Source: an uncultured Planctomycetia bacterium
Lineage (GTDB): Bacteria; Omnitrophota; Gorgyraeia; Gorgyraeales; Gorgyraeaceae
DNA length: 64,000 bases
Direction of reading: 5' to 3'
Assembly (NCBI GenBank): GCA_964415355.1
Contig: CAYPYS010000006.1
Coordinates: 752 to 64,751, forward strand
Shown: in pieces, positions 30,868 through 41,173 of the stretch
Numbering within the stretch: position 1 is the first letter of the stretch
How the letters are laid out: the number at the start of each line of letters is the position of its first letter
Made by a program: the position numbers and the translations under genes
The notes under the pieces: model-generated
Seen by the model: only the letters and a program-made list of their open reading frames with translations
The model's database searches: none
Told to the model about the DNA's origin: nothing

Positions 30868-32203
30868 AGAATACCTGATAATTTTTATAGTAGCATTTTT
30901 AATAGCCAGTGTTTTTATATGTCTTGATACAGAAGGCAGAAAGATACAGGCGGATTCTGCTATTTACTATGGCATAGCGAGTAATATTGTAAATGGCCAT
31001 GGTTTTTCTGGCAGCACAGCCCCACCGTATTTACCTACGATGTCCCGCGAACCCGTATATCCTTTATTTTTGAGCAGCGTTTTTTATCTATTTGGAAGAA
31101 ATATCGCAGTAGTTCAATTCATGCAGGCCTTTATATATGCCTTGACCTGCGTACTTATACTTAAAATAGCTTCTATATTATCGATTAAAAACAGGATGAG
31201 GTTCAAACTCTCACTCGCAATAGCCCTTTTACCTGTTATACCGAGTTACGTACCATATTTATTGACAGAGATCTTGTTTACGTTTCTATTGGCGCTGTGT
31301 ATTTTTTGTCTGATAAATAGCATGAGGCAGGGTAAGTTGATATGGTATTTTTTTTCAGGTATCATGCTGGGTATTGCTGTATTATGTAAGGCTGTATTGA
31401 TTTTTTTATTCGCCTTTATATTGATCTCGATATTCGTGCATTTTTATAGAAGAGACAAAAAGATAATTAGCGCTAGGTTGGCGAAGGCCTGTATATTATT
31501 GTTATTTGGATGCGGTCTTGTAGTGACGCCATGGGTTATAAGGAACAAGTTATTGTTGGACAAGCCAGCCATTACATTAAGAGGTCATGACAGTGTCTAT
31601 ATAAGGGCTGCAAAAGTGGATTTAAATAAACATGAATTCAGGATGTATAGCGTCTATTGTCTTTCAGAATATATGGCCAGGAGACTGTATCCGGGTTATA
31701 ATCTTAGGTCTATAGCCGGAGGTTATTTTTATAGACCCTTGCTTCAAAAGATAGAAGAATATTCGGATAAAGGGCTTTCGTCGGAAGAGGTAGACAGCAT
31801 GCTTAAGAAAGAGGCCTTGGATTTAATCCGGAACCGGCCCGTGAAATTTATAGGTATGGGTTTTTTTGAACTAGTAAAATTGAATTCTTTTTTTCAGGTT
31901 TTGTTATTAAATCAAGAAAATATAAAGGTCCTTGTGCCTGACAGATATATTTTGCCTCTAGCAAGGGGATTTTTCAAATTTCTTGGATTTTTTATTGTTA
32001 TCATAGCTTTTATAGGCATGTTTTCTGCGTCTAGGCATGCGCCTGAATGGATGGTTTTGTTTTCTGTGGTCATGTATTTTAATATGGTACATTTTTTTCT
32101 AGATGCTACGGGTAGATACGCTGTGCCTATATTACCGTATTATTTGTTATTTTTTGCGTTGCAGGTAGATAAATGTACAAAAGGTCACTCTCGTGATATT
32201 TAA
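30860..32203 (+). CDS. GT-C-like polytopic membrane glycosyltransferase
   Basis: DS..Y, REPVYPLFL, LLTE and PWVIRN; many TM segments. Confidence 0.7.
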   Translation: MRKEYLIIFIVAFLIASVFICLDTEGRKIQADSAIYYGIASNIVNGHGFSGSTAPPYLPTMSREPVYPLFLSSVFYLFGRNIAVVQFMQAFIYALTCVLILKIASILSIKNRMRFKLSLAIALLPVIPSYVPYLLTEILFTFLLALCIFCLINSMRQGKLIWYFFSGIMLGIAVLCKAVLIFLFAFILISIFVHFYRRDKKIISARLAKACILLLFGCGLVVTPWVIRNKLLLDKPAITLRGHDSVYIRAAKVDLNKHEFRMYSVYCLSEYMARRLYPGYNLRSIAGGYFYRPLLQKIEEYSDKGLSSEEVDSMLKKEALDLIRNRPVKFIGMGFFELVKLNSFFQVLLLNQENIKVLVPDRYILPLARGFFKFLGFFIVIIAFIGMFSASRHAPEWMVLFSVVMYFNMVHFFLDATGRYAVPILPYYLLFFALQVDKCTKGHSRDI

Positions 32204-33542
32204 ATCAGAGATATTAAACAGATATAAGCCGTGGTTATCAATATCAATCGCAGTAGCGCTTGCAGTGTGTTTCCTGCCTTCCGAAGGCATCTTGTTTCCT
32301 TTTTTTGTTTTCTGCATGGGGCTGTTTATAGGCATATTTTTTATTAGGTTATTGCCGGAGGCCGACAGAGACTTTTTAGTTACATTGTTTCTGGCGGCAT
32401 TTTTACTGAGGATTGTAGCGGCTTTATTTTTTTATAATGCTATTTTCTTGCGTAATGGCACAGGTATGGTCGGGGATGCATGGCCATATAGTCAAAGCGG
32501 CTATGAGATTCTTAAAATGTGGATGATGGGGATCAGAGACCATAAAGTCATTTACGAAAATATGATGAAGGTAACTGCGAGCGGGACTCTGAGTAGTTAT
32601 GATTATTGGAATGCGGTTGTTTATTTTTTTACAGGCAAAAGCCCTCTTTCGGTGATATTTATTAATTGCCTGGCAGGTTCTTTGGCCGTTGTTTTTATAT
32701 ATTTTATCACAAAACAGATCAAGGATATAAGAGCAGCCAAGATAGCGGCTTTATTGACAGCCTTTTGGCCTTCGACATTTATGTGGTCTATACAAAATTT
32801 TAAAGAGCCCATAAGCATATTTTTGATAGTAGCTCTTGCATGGGCTATTTTAAGCCTAAGGGTACGTTTTAGATTTTATCTTATATTTCTAGTATTTATT
32901 TTAAGTGTAGCCCTTAAGGAGATGAGACTCGTCTCTTTTACCGTATTCTATATCTTGGTTATACCTGCTTCTTTGTTTTTATTAACATTGAGATCCAAAA
33001 AGCCTGAATTGATATTTCCGTTTCTATTGATTATCCTCGTTGCTTTTTTATCATTCGGAGCGATAAAGCTATACATAGCAAAATATATACCTTTTTTTCC
33101 TGCAAAAGGCAATGTTGAATTTTTAAAATGGGCACAGGCAATGAGGAGCGTCAGGGCTACTGGAGGAACGGCATTTCTTGTAAACTGGGATATATGTAAT
33201 CCTTTAGTCCTTATGCTTTTTATACCAGCTGCTTTATCTATTGCATGGTTGGCGCCTTTCCCCTGGCAATTGGGGAGCGTGCAGCAGATAATGGCTGTTC
33301 CTGAAATGATAATTTATTACATGCTTATTCCGTTTATGTTTTCGGGGTACAGGTTTGTTATGAAAAACAAACCCTTTGAGGGCGGTATAATTACAGTCTA
33401 TGTTTTTATCATGATGGTCATATTGGCTTTTATAGAGGGCAACATAGGTACTTTATTTAGACATAGGGCTATGGTCATGCCTTTTTTATTTATATTGATA
33501 GCAGTAGGATCAGACAGGCATAGGATTAGAATTACGATATAG
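32193..33542 (+). CDS. Polytopic membrane protein (Wzy/GT-C-like)
   Basis: More than 10 hydrophobic segments; C-terminal NIGTLFRHR. Confidence 0.55.
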   Translation: MIFKSEILNRYKPWLSISIAVALAVCFLPSEGILFPFFVFCMGLFIGIFFIRLLPEADRDFLVTLFLAAFLLRIVAALFFYNAIFLRNGTGMVGDAWPYSQSGYEILKMWMMGIRDHKVIYENMMKVTASGTLSSYDYWNAVVYFFTGKSPLSVIFINCLAGSLAVVFIYFITKQIKDIRAAKIAALLTAFWPSTFMWSIQNFKEPISIFLIVALAWAILSLRVRFRFYLIFLVFILSVALKEMRLVSFTVFYILVIPASLFLLTLRSKKPELIFPFLLIILVAFLSFGAIKLYIAKYIPFFPAKGNVEFLKWAQAMRSVRATGGTAFLVNWDICNPLVLMLFIPAALSIAWLAPFPWQLGSVQQIMAVPEMIIYYMLIPFMFSGYRFVMKNKPFEGGIITVYVFIMMVILAFIEGNIGTLFRHRAMVMPFLFILIAVGSDRHRIRITI

Positions 33543-33556
33543 CGATAGATAGGAAT

Positions 33557-34771
33557 ATGATAAAGAGTTTATTTATTTCTTATAACGGTGCATTGGAACC
33601 ATTAATGCAATCCCAGGCCATTCCTTATTTAAAGGGGCTTTCCGAGAAAGGGGTGGGATCTTTCCTGTTGACTTTTGAAAAGACAAAAGACAAAGAAAGA
33701 ATTCGGAATCTAAAAAGAGAGTTAGAGAGTTATAATATAGAATGGCACGCCTTTAGATATCACAAGAGACCTTCAGTGCCTGCTACTTTATTGGATATAT
33801 TTATAGGTATTGTGGCGGGGTTATGCCTAGTTATTTCTAAAAAGATAGATATCATACACGCGCGCGCCACTGTCCCGGCAGCCATGGCTTATGTGATAGC
33901 GAAGATCACTCGCAAGAAGTTCATTTTTGACGTGAGAGGGCTTATGGCAGAAGAATATGCGGACGGAGGCATATGGAGGCGAGAAAGCTTACGTCATAAG
34001 TGCACGCTATATTTTCAGAAGTTATTTTTGAAAAGCGCTGATGAACTCGTTGTTATTACCGAGAATATAAAAAATTTTTTATACGAGAGCGATTATCTCG
34101 ACAAAAAGAACAAAAAGATCAGCGTTGTATCATGCTGCGTAGATACAGGAAGATTCAGGAAGGCCTCTTCGCGTAATGAGGCCTTGAGGCAGAAATTTGG
34201 ACTTATGGGAAAATTCGTGTTTTTGTATATAGGGTCTGTCGGTACATGGTATATGTTAAGAGAGATGATGGATTTTTTTATTGCTACAAAAAGCGTTATA
34301 TCGAATTCCCATTTTTTAATATTGACTCATGTCGACAAAGACATGGCCAAGAGAGTGCGTGACGAAAAAGGTCTTTCTTCAAAAGACATTACCATTGACG
34401 AGGCAGGATTCAACGATATGCCTGAATATATAAACTTGGCAGATGTTGGCATCTTTTTTATAAAGCCTGTTTTTTCCAAAAGGTCGTCATGTCCCACTAA
34501 GTTTGCGGAATATTTATCATGCGGTTTGCCTCTTGTGATAAATTCCAAGATAGGGGATACTGACAATATAGTAAAAGAACGCAAACTAGGCGTTGTCATA
34601 GATGATTTTGATAAGGATTCTTATTTGTCGGGTTTACGAGAATTATCGGTTCTTATGAAAGAGAAAGAGTTATTGACTAAAAGGTCTCGAATGACAGCAG
34701 AAGAGTTATTTTCTTTAGAAAAGGGCGTTTCTGTGTATTTTGATATTTACAGGAGGTTAGGATGCAATTAA
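33557..34771 (+). CDS. GT4 glycosyltransferase
   Basis: IHAR, FDVRG and PTKFAEYLSCGLP. Confidence 0.85.
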   Translation: MIKSLFISYNGALEPLMQSQAIPYLKGLSEKGVGSFLLTFEKTKDKERIRNLKRELESYNIEWHAFRYHKRPSVPATLLDIFIGIVAGLCLVISKKIDIIHARATVPAAMAYVIAKITRKKFIFDVRGLMAEEYADGGIWRRESLRHKCTLYFQKLFLKSADELVVITENIKNFLYESDYLDKKNKKISVVSCCVDTGRFRKASSRNEALRQKFGLMGKFVFLYIGSVGTWYMLREMMDFFIATKSVISNSHFLILTHVDKDMAKRVRDEKGLSSKDITIDEAGFNDMPEYINLADVGIFFIKPVFSKRSSCPTKFAEYLSCGLPLVINSKIGDTDNIVKERKLGVVIDDFDKDSYLSGLRELSVLMKEKELLTKRSRMTAEELFSLEKGVSVYFDIYRRLGCN

Positions 34772-35640
34772 AGGCTTTGATTACTGGTGCAAATGGGATG
34801 TTGGCGGATGCGCTTATACCGCTTTTGAAGAAAAAAAGCTACATAATATATCCAACGGATATTGTCGGTAATGAGAATGTTATAAAAATGGATATAAGAA
34901 ACTCGGAGCAATTAATGGAGTTTGGCGCAAGGAATAAGCCGAATGTTATATTTCATCTCGCCGCTGAGACAGATGTAGACAAGTGTGAATTAAACGAGAA
35001 ACATGCGTATGAGACAAATGCCAAGGGCACAGAGAATGTAGCACTTGTTTGCAAGGCACTTGATATCCCGATGGTTTATATAAGTACAGGGGCTGTATTT
35101 GATGGTAAAAAAGAGGGAGGTTATACAGAGGAGGACGAACCTGGGAGCCCGGTGAATGTATATGGTAGAAGCAAATTAAAAGGAGAAGAGATAGTACGGT
35201 CACTATTGACTAAATATTATATTATAAGGGCTAGTTGGATGATAGGGGGATTTAATAAAGATAAGAAATTTGTCTGGAAGATAGTTCATCTTTTAAAGAG
35301 CAAAAAGGAAATAGAGGTCGTCATTGATAAAGCAGGTAGCCCTACTTTTACAAGCGACCTTGCAAAAGGCATGATTGATATTGTGTCTACCGGTAAGTAT
35401 GGCGTATATCATTGTGTCAATAAAGGTATATGCACGAGATTCGATATTGCCAAAAAAATAGCCGAGTATTTAGATAAAAAAGAGGTCATTCTGAAGCCAG
35501 TTACCTCAGAAAGATTTCCGTTGCCTGCGCCAAGGCCAAAGTCAGAAGCATTGATCAATCATAAGCTTTGCTTAATGGGAATAGACAATGCGAGGCCATG
35601 GGGAGATGCTTTAAGGGAGTATATAGAAGAGATAAAATAA
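34762..35640 (+). CDS. rfbD: dTDP-4-dehydrorhamnose reductase
   Basis: ITGANGML, AAETDVDKCE, VYGRSKL.GE and PAPRP. Confidence 0.88.
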   Translation: MQLKALITGANGMLADALIPLLKKKSYIIYPTDIVGNENVIKMDIRNSEQLMEFGARNKPNVIFHLAAETDVDKCELNEKHAYETNAKGTENVALVCKALDIPMVYISTGAVFDGKKEGGYTEEDEPGSPVNVYGRSKLKGEEIVRSLLTKYYIIRASWMIGGFNKDKKFVWKIVHLLKSKKEIEVVIDKAGSPTFTSDLAKGMIDIVSTGKYGVYHCVNKGICTRFDIAKKIAEYLDKKEVILKPVTSERFPLPAPRPKSEALINHKLCLMGIDNARPWGDALREYIEEIK

Positions 35641-36716
35641 TGAGAATATTGTTTATAGAACCGTATCCAATCGAAGGGCCGAGTAGTCGTTATAGGATAG
35701 AGCAGTACATACCTTATTTTAAGCATAATGGGATAGAATGTGTTGTCAGGCCGTTTGTTTCTTCAAAGTTTTACAGGATTATTTATAAAAAAGGTTTTTA
35801 CTTTCAAAAGATGTTGTTTTTTTTACAGAGTACCCTTAGTAGATTTTTTGATATTTTTAGCGCGCTGAAATCAGATATTATTTTTATACACCTGGAGGCC
35901 TTTCCATTTGGACCTCCATTGTTTGAATGGGTTCTATCAAAGGCGGGCAAAAAGATTATATATGATCTTGATGATGCGATATATATGGGTATTACAAGCT
36001 CTGCCAATAGCTTTTTGAGGTATTTGAAATGTCCGTCAAAGATCAAAAAAATAATTAAAATGGCCGATCATGTCATAACTTGTAACGGATATCTGGCTGA
36101 CTATGCCAAGAAATATAATAAAAATATCACAGTTATACACACTTCCGTAGATACGGAAAAATTTAAACCAATAAATAAGGAGAAGAAAGAGGGCTTAATA
36201 ATAGGATGGATAGGGAGCCATAGTACTGCAAAATATTTGTCGGAATTAAAAGGCATCTTTGTCAGGCTCGTTTCAGGCAGATACCATTTTGTCCTAAAAA
36301 TCATAGGGGCAGGAGACGAATATGATTTTGATGTACCAGGGATAGAAATTATTAAACTCGGCTGGAATCTTAAAGACGAAATAGATCAATTTCAATCTCT
36401 TGATATAGGCGTGTATCCTTTGCCGGATAACGAATGGACTAGGGGCAAGACAGGCTTCAAAACCATTCAATATATGAGCGTAGGGGTTCCCTGCGTAGTG
36501 TCGGCAGTAGGAGCAAATAAGAGCATAGTGGAAGATGGTATAAATGGTTTTATAGCAGCCTCTAAAGAAGAATGGATAAAAAAGATATCGATGCTCATAG
36601 AGGATGTTGATTTACGGAAGCGAATAGGCTCTAATGGCAGGCAAACAGCCGAGGAGAATTTTTCTATAAAGGTAAATGCCCCGAAATATTTGCATGTAAT
36701 AAGAAGCCTGGCGTAG
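35640..36716 (+). CDS. GT4 glycosyltransferase
   Basis: SSRYR, YDLDDA, IGWIGS and KTIQYMSVG. Confidence 0.87.
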   Translation: MRILFIEPYPIEGPSSRYRIEQYIPYFKHNGIECVVRPFVSSKFYRIIYKKGFYFQKMLFFLQSTLSRFFDIFSALKSDIIFIHLEAFPFGPPLFEWVLSKAGKKIIYDLDDAIYMGITSSANSFLRYLKCPSKIKKIIKMADHVITCNGYLADYAKKYNKNITVIHTSVDTEKFKPINKEKKEGLIIGWIGSHSTAKYLSELKGIFVRLVSGRYHFVLKIIGAGDEYDFDVPGIEIIKLGWNLKDEIDQFQSLDIGVYPLPDNEWTRGKTGFKTIQYMSVGVPCVVSAVGANKSIVEDGINGFIAASKEEWIKKISMLIEDVDLRKRIGSNGRQTAEENFSIKVNAPKYLHVIRSLA

Positions 36717-36741
36717 TATTTTGTTGAGAGTAGTTATCGCG

Positions 36742-36782
36742 CTTAAGTTTACATTTCAACAACGTTAAAATGTAAACTTAAG
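36742..36782 (-). repeat. Family A palindrome (AAC loop)
   Basis: CTTAAGTTTACATTTCAAC aac GTTAAAATGTAAACTTAAG. Confidence 0.95.
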
Positions 36783-36798
36783 TGAATGAAAGATTATT

Positions 36799-37602
36799 AT
36801 GTTGCCAAAAGTTTCAATTATAACGGTCTGCCTTAACAGTAGTAAATATTTGGAAGATGCAATAAGAAGCGTAACAAGGCAAAGCTACGAAAATATAGAA
36901 TATTTGGTCATAGACGGAGGTTCTACTGATGGGACAGAGGAAACCCTGGATAAATATAAAAGCAGAATAAATAAGATCGTTGCAGAAAAAGATGAGGGTA
37001 TTTTTGATGCAATGAATAAGGGCATTGGTTTTGCTTCAGGGGAGCTTATTTATTTTTTAAATTCAGATGATAAATTATATAGGGCTAATACAGTAGAGAA
37101 TATGGTAAGTTTTTTTATGAAAAATAAAGATGCAGATTTTATATATGGAAACATAGAGGTTTTTGATCCGGTTGATAATTTTTCATATATCGAGAGGTAT
37201 CCATATAAAATTACCAAAAATCTTTTTATAATTAAAACAATTGCACAGCCAGGAACTTTTTTTAAAGCAAGTTGCTTTAAAAAAAGTGGTTATTTTAATA
37301 TTAATTATAGATTTGCGGCTGACCACGACTGGTATTTAAAAGCCATATTTACTAAAGGATTAAAAGGTATCCATGTAGAGGATACCATTTCTGTTTTTAG
37401 GCTAGGGGGCAAAAGTACTCAAGCCAGAAATATGAGTTCATATTTTCGCGAAAGAGATTTGATACAAAAGAAATATTTCAACATCTTGGAATTATTATGT
37501 TCTAGGTTTTTGTTCGGAGTAAAAAAACTGTTAGGAAAGAGAAACAGTAAGTTTTTACATCGGTTAAAGATATGTTGTTTTGGGAGAAATGTTAAATGTT
37601 AG
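36799..37602 (+). CDS. GT2 glycosyltransferase
   Basis: DGGSTDGT, GIFDAMNKG and LNSDD. Confidence 0.9.
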   Translation: MLPKVSIITVCLNSSKYLEDAIRSVTRQSYENIEYLVIDGGSTDGTEETLDKYKSRINKIVAEKDEGIFDAMNKGIGFASGELIYFLNSDDKLYRANTVENMVSFFMKNKDADFIYGNIEVFDPVDNFSYIERYPYKITKNLFIIKTIAQPGTFFKASCFKKSGYFNINYRFAADHDWYLKAIFTKGLKGIHVEDTISVFRLGGKSTQARNMSSYFRERDLIQKKYFNILELLCSRFLFGVKKLLGKRNSKFLHRLKICCFGRNVKC

Positions 37603-38426
37603 ATTATAATGATAAAACAAAAAAAGCCTATGGATTTTTATGGAAAACTCATAAAAATGCCTTATTCATAAATACATGGCATTTTAATGAAGTACAGGAA
37701 AGCGTTTCTGAGCCTATAGTAAGGGGTGGCTTTGGTATAGACATTGGTTCCGGATGTGGTTACGATACATATATTATGGCTAAAACCAATCCTTCAGTAA
37801 AGATATATAGCATGGATATAAGTGATGGAGTATACAAGACGAAAGAATTTAGTCAAGGGTTGGAGAATGTATTTGTGATAAAAGGATCTGTTTTGGATCT
37901 TCCAATAAAAAATAATATATTTGATTTTGCATATTCTTTCGGAGTATTGCATCATGTCTCTGATTCTGAGCGTGGCCTCAAGGAAATAACAAGGACTCTT
38001 AAGAAAGGTGCTCCTGTTTTTTTGTATCTTTACGAAGATCATTCAGAAAATCGTATTAAATATTATACATTAAAGCTGGTTACTGTTTTAAGAAAATTTA
38101 CAGTAAAGATACCTCCTAAAATTTTGTATGGTATTTCATATTTGATTTCTCCTATTATGGTAATTTTGTTTTCTTATCCCGCCAGAATTTTTAATAGATT
38201 TAGAATTTTAAAACCATTATCTGAAAAAATGCCTTTTAATTTCGGAACCCATCTTTTTTCTCTGGTGGGTAGTCTGTACGATAGATTTAGCGTCCCCATA
38301 GAAAATCGTTTTAGTAGGCAGGAGGCTTTTGATTTACTTAGTAAGAATAAATTTACCAAAGTCAAAATTAATAGATTAAGAACAAAAGCAGGGTGGGTGG
38401 TTTGGGGGCATAAAGATAAATGCTAA
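37596..38426 (+). CDS. Class I SAM-dependent methyltransferase
   Basis: DIGSGCG and FDFAYSFGVLHH. Confidence 0.85.
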   Translation: MLDYNDKTKKAYGFLWKTHKNALFINTWHFNEVQESVSEPIVRGGFGIDIGSGCGYDTYIMAKTNPSVKIYSMDISDGVYKTKEFSQGLENVFVIKGSVLDLPIKNNIFDFAYSFGVLHHVSDSERGLKEITRTLKKGAPVFLYLYEDHSENRIKYYTLKLVTVLRKFTVKIPPKILYGISYLISPIMVILFSYPARIFNRFRILKPLSEKMPFNFGTHLFSLVGSLYDRFSVPIENRFSRQEAFDLLSKNKFTKVKINRLRTKAGWVVWGHKDKC

Positions 38427-40258
38427 AATACGAAAATATAATCTGCATATCTTCTATTGACTGGGATTTTATATGGCAGCAGCACCAGTCTATCATGTCC
38501 AGACTCGCGAAAAATGGCAATAAAGTGCTGTTTATCGAGAACACAGGCGTTAGGACGCCTACAATAAAAGATATAGGTAGGATAAGACGGCGTATAATCA
38601 ACTGGTTTAGTAGCAGTAAAGGATTTAGGAAAGAGGCTGAAAACCTCTATGTGTATTCTCCGTTGATATTGCCGTTTCCTTATTTGAGAATCGCACGATT
38701 AGTAAATAGATTTTTATTACTCAGCCCTATAAAAAGATGGATGAAGGCGGTTGATTTCCATGACCCAATCATATGGACATTTTTACCTACCCCTATTACT
38801 TTGGATTTTACGGAAAACATATTTCACAAGGCCCTTGTCTATTACTGTACGGATAAGTTTTCAGCCACTTCAAGATCAGCTAAAAAGATAACCAGGTATG
38901 AGGAAGAAGTTATGAGAAAGGCTGATGCAGTATTTGTAATGGCGAGAGGGATGGTGGATTATTGTGCCAAATTTAACAAAGATGTTATGTGTATACCTAT
39001 GGGCATTGATGTGGGGAGATTTACCGATGATAAGAATGTTGCTGAACCTCTAGAGATAAAGGGAGTCAGTAGGCCTGTGATCGGCTTCATAGGAGGAGTG
39101 AGGAATTCCATAGACAAAGAGCTTGTTGTGTATCTTGCAAAGAGATTCAGCGGCTATACATTTGTTTTCGTGGGACCTATACAGACGGATATATCTAGGT
39201 TAAAGAGGATTGGAAATGTAATATTTACAGGCTCAAAGGATCACGAGGAGCTTAAAAGATATATAAAATTTTTTGACGTATGCATGATACCATACAAGAT
39301 AGACGATTATACGAATAATATTTCACCTGCCAAGCTAAACGAATATCTTATCATGGGAAAACCTGTGGTCTCTACTAGGCTTGGAGAGGTAGAGCGTTTC
39401 AATAGAGAGAATGGCAACATCTTGTTTGTAGGGGGTAATATAGAAGAGTTCGGAGATCTTATAATACAGGCTGTAGAAAAGGATAGTGATATTTTAAGGA
39501 AAAAGAGAAAAGAAGTTGCTTGTAATAATAGTTGGGACAAGAAGACAGAGAAGATGTCCGATATTATAATGACCGTGATTAAAAGAAAAGAAGAAGCGAT
39601 GGAATTAAATTGGAAGACAGGCCTTATGAGGCTATACCGAGAAGCCAGAGGCAAAACAGCAAAAGCTGTTGTTGCTATTGCAGCGTTATGGTTGATAATT
39701 TTTTATTCTCCTTTATTGTGGTTCATTGCTGAGCCTTTAAGGATTTCGCAGGTGCCGCAGAAAACAGACGCTATAGTTGTGTTTGGGGGCGGGGTCGGTG
39801 AGACCGGAAGCCCAGGCAAGAGCACCATAGAGAGAGCAAGATATGCCGTGAGTTTGTATAAAAAGGGGTATGCCGACACAATAATATTCTCATCGGGTTA
39901 TACCTATATATATAACGACGCCGAAAACATGAGGCTTTTTGCTGTCTCTATGGGCGTGCCCAAAAGAGATATTATATTAGAACAGAATGCGGATAGCGCT
40001 TATGAAAATGTAAGATTTTCCAAGGATATAATAAAAAGAAATGACTGGGATTCCATATTACTGGTCAGCTCGCCTTACAATATGCGTCGTGCTTCGCTTG
40101 TTTTTAATAAATGGGATCCTGATATAAAAGTTACCTATACTCCTGTGCCTGATAGCCAGTTTTATGATAAAAGCAAAGGTGTGAGGCTGGAACAGATACG
40201 AGCAATCGCTCACGAGTATTTGGGGATAATATATTATTTAATAAAAGGGCATATCTAA
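38420..40258 (+). CDS. GT-B glycosyltransferase (TuaH-like) fused to a YdcF/ElyC (DUF218) domain
   Basis: N-terminal SIDW..WQ and SPAKLNEYL; one TM helix; then DAIVVFGGG, ER, FSSG, ENV and LVSSPYNMRRA. Confidence 0.8.
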   Translation: MLKYENIICISSIDWDFIWQQHQSIMSRLAKNGNKVLFIENTGVRTPTIKDIGRIRRRIINWFSSSKGFRKEAENLYVYSPLILPFPYLRIARLVNRFLLLSPIKRWMKAVDFHDPIIWTFLPTPITLDFTENIFHKALVYYCTDKFSATSRSAKKITRYEEEVMRKADAVFVMARGMVDYCAKFNKDVMCIPMGIDVGRFTDDKNVAEPLEIKGVSRPVIGFIGGVRNSIDKELVVYLAKRFSGYTFVFVGPIQTDISRLKRIGNVIFTGSKDHEELKRYIKFFDVCMIPYKIDDYTNNISPAKLNEYLIMGKPVVSTRLGEVERFNRENGNILFVGGNIEEFGDLIIQAVEKDSDILRKKRKEVACNNSWDKKTEKMSDIIMTVIKRKEEAMELNWKTGLMRLYREARGKTAKAVVAIAALWLIIFYSPLLWFIAEPLRISQVPQKTDAIVVFGGGVGETGSPGKSTIERARYAVSLYKKGYADTIIFSSGYTYIYNDAENMRLFAVSMGVPKRDIILEQNADSAYENVRFSKDIIKRNDWDSILLVSSPYNMRRASLVFNKWDPDIKVTYTPVPDSQFYDKSKGVRLEQIRAIAHEYLGIIYYLIKGHI

Positions 40259-40294
40259 GTTTACATTTTAACGTTGTTGAAATGTAAACTTGTC
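40254..40294 (+). repeat. Family A palindrome (GTT loop, right end eroded)
   Basis: TCTAAGTTTACATTTTAAC gtt GTTGAAATGTAAACTTGTC; TAA 40256-40258 is the upstream stop. Confidence 0.93.
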
Positions 40295-40296
40295 TT

Positions 40297-41169
40297 ATGG
40301 CGAATTCGTGCAATATTTGCAATAGCAGTTCTTATGAAACTATTTTTATCAAAGATAGATATAATATAGTCAAATGTCTGTCCTGTGGCCTGGTCTATAT
40401 CGAAAATCCTTTAAAGGATGACGAATTGAAGAAGTTGTATTCTTTCGATTCGGATTATCACAAGTGTTTCAGTGACGCTAATTCTTATCAATGCAAGAGG
40501 CAGTCGAAATTGGCCTACAAAAAATACAAATATCTTAAGCGGCATAGTAAAAAAGGTCGAGTTTTAGATATAGGGTGTTCCGCTGGTTTTTTTCTTAAAA
40601 TCGCGAAAGATAATGGATGGGAGGCACGTGGCGTAGAGATATCGGGCGATACGTCACAAATTGCAAGGGATAGATATGGCTTGAACGTGTTGACAGGTGA
40701 TCTAGAGGTAGATAGTTTTTCTCCAGGTTCGTTTGATGCTGTCACGTTATGGGATACGTTAGAACATGTTAGGGATCCAAGAAAGACTATGTCTATAGTT
40801 AATAAGGTACTTAATGTCGGAGGGACAGTAATTATATCTACGCCGGATATAGAGGGGCTATTTCCTAGATGTGCTCGTAAGATATCTGGGGTGACAGGTG
40901 ACTGGATTCATCCCGAACCTCCTCATCACCTTTACCAGTTTTCAAAAAATACGCTGCGAATGTTATTAGAGCTGTCAGGCTTTGAATTGATAAGGATGTA
41001 TTATGAAAGGATACCTATTACATATACTTTCAAAAGTTTTAAGATCTTAAGAAAATCATTGCACAGCTTATTGCGCGCATCTATGATTGTGCCGTTGAGT
41101 TTCGTGGGTCCATGGATAAAGTCAGGCGATATTATAGTAGTCGTAGCTAGAAAGATAAGAGGTATATAA
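40297..41169 (+). CDS. Class I SAM-dependent methyltransferase with Zn ribbon
   Basis: CNIC..CLSCG, LDIGCSAG and WDTLEHV. Confidence 0.87.
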   Translation: MANSCNICNSSSYETIFIKDRYNIVKCLSCGLVYIENPLKDDELKKLYSFDSDYHKCFSDANSYQCKRQSKLAYKKYKYLKRHSKKGRVLDIGCSAGFFLKIAKDNGWEARGVEISGDTSQIARDRYGLNVLTGDLEVDSFSPGSFDAVTLWDTLEHVRDPRKTMSIVNKVLNVGGTVIISTPDIEGLFPRCARKISGVTGDWIHPEPPHHLYQFSKNTLRMLLELSGFELIRMYYERIPITYTFKSFKILRKSLHSLLRASMIVPLSFVGPWIKSGDIIVVVARKIRGI

Positions 41170-41173
41170 CGTT

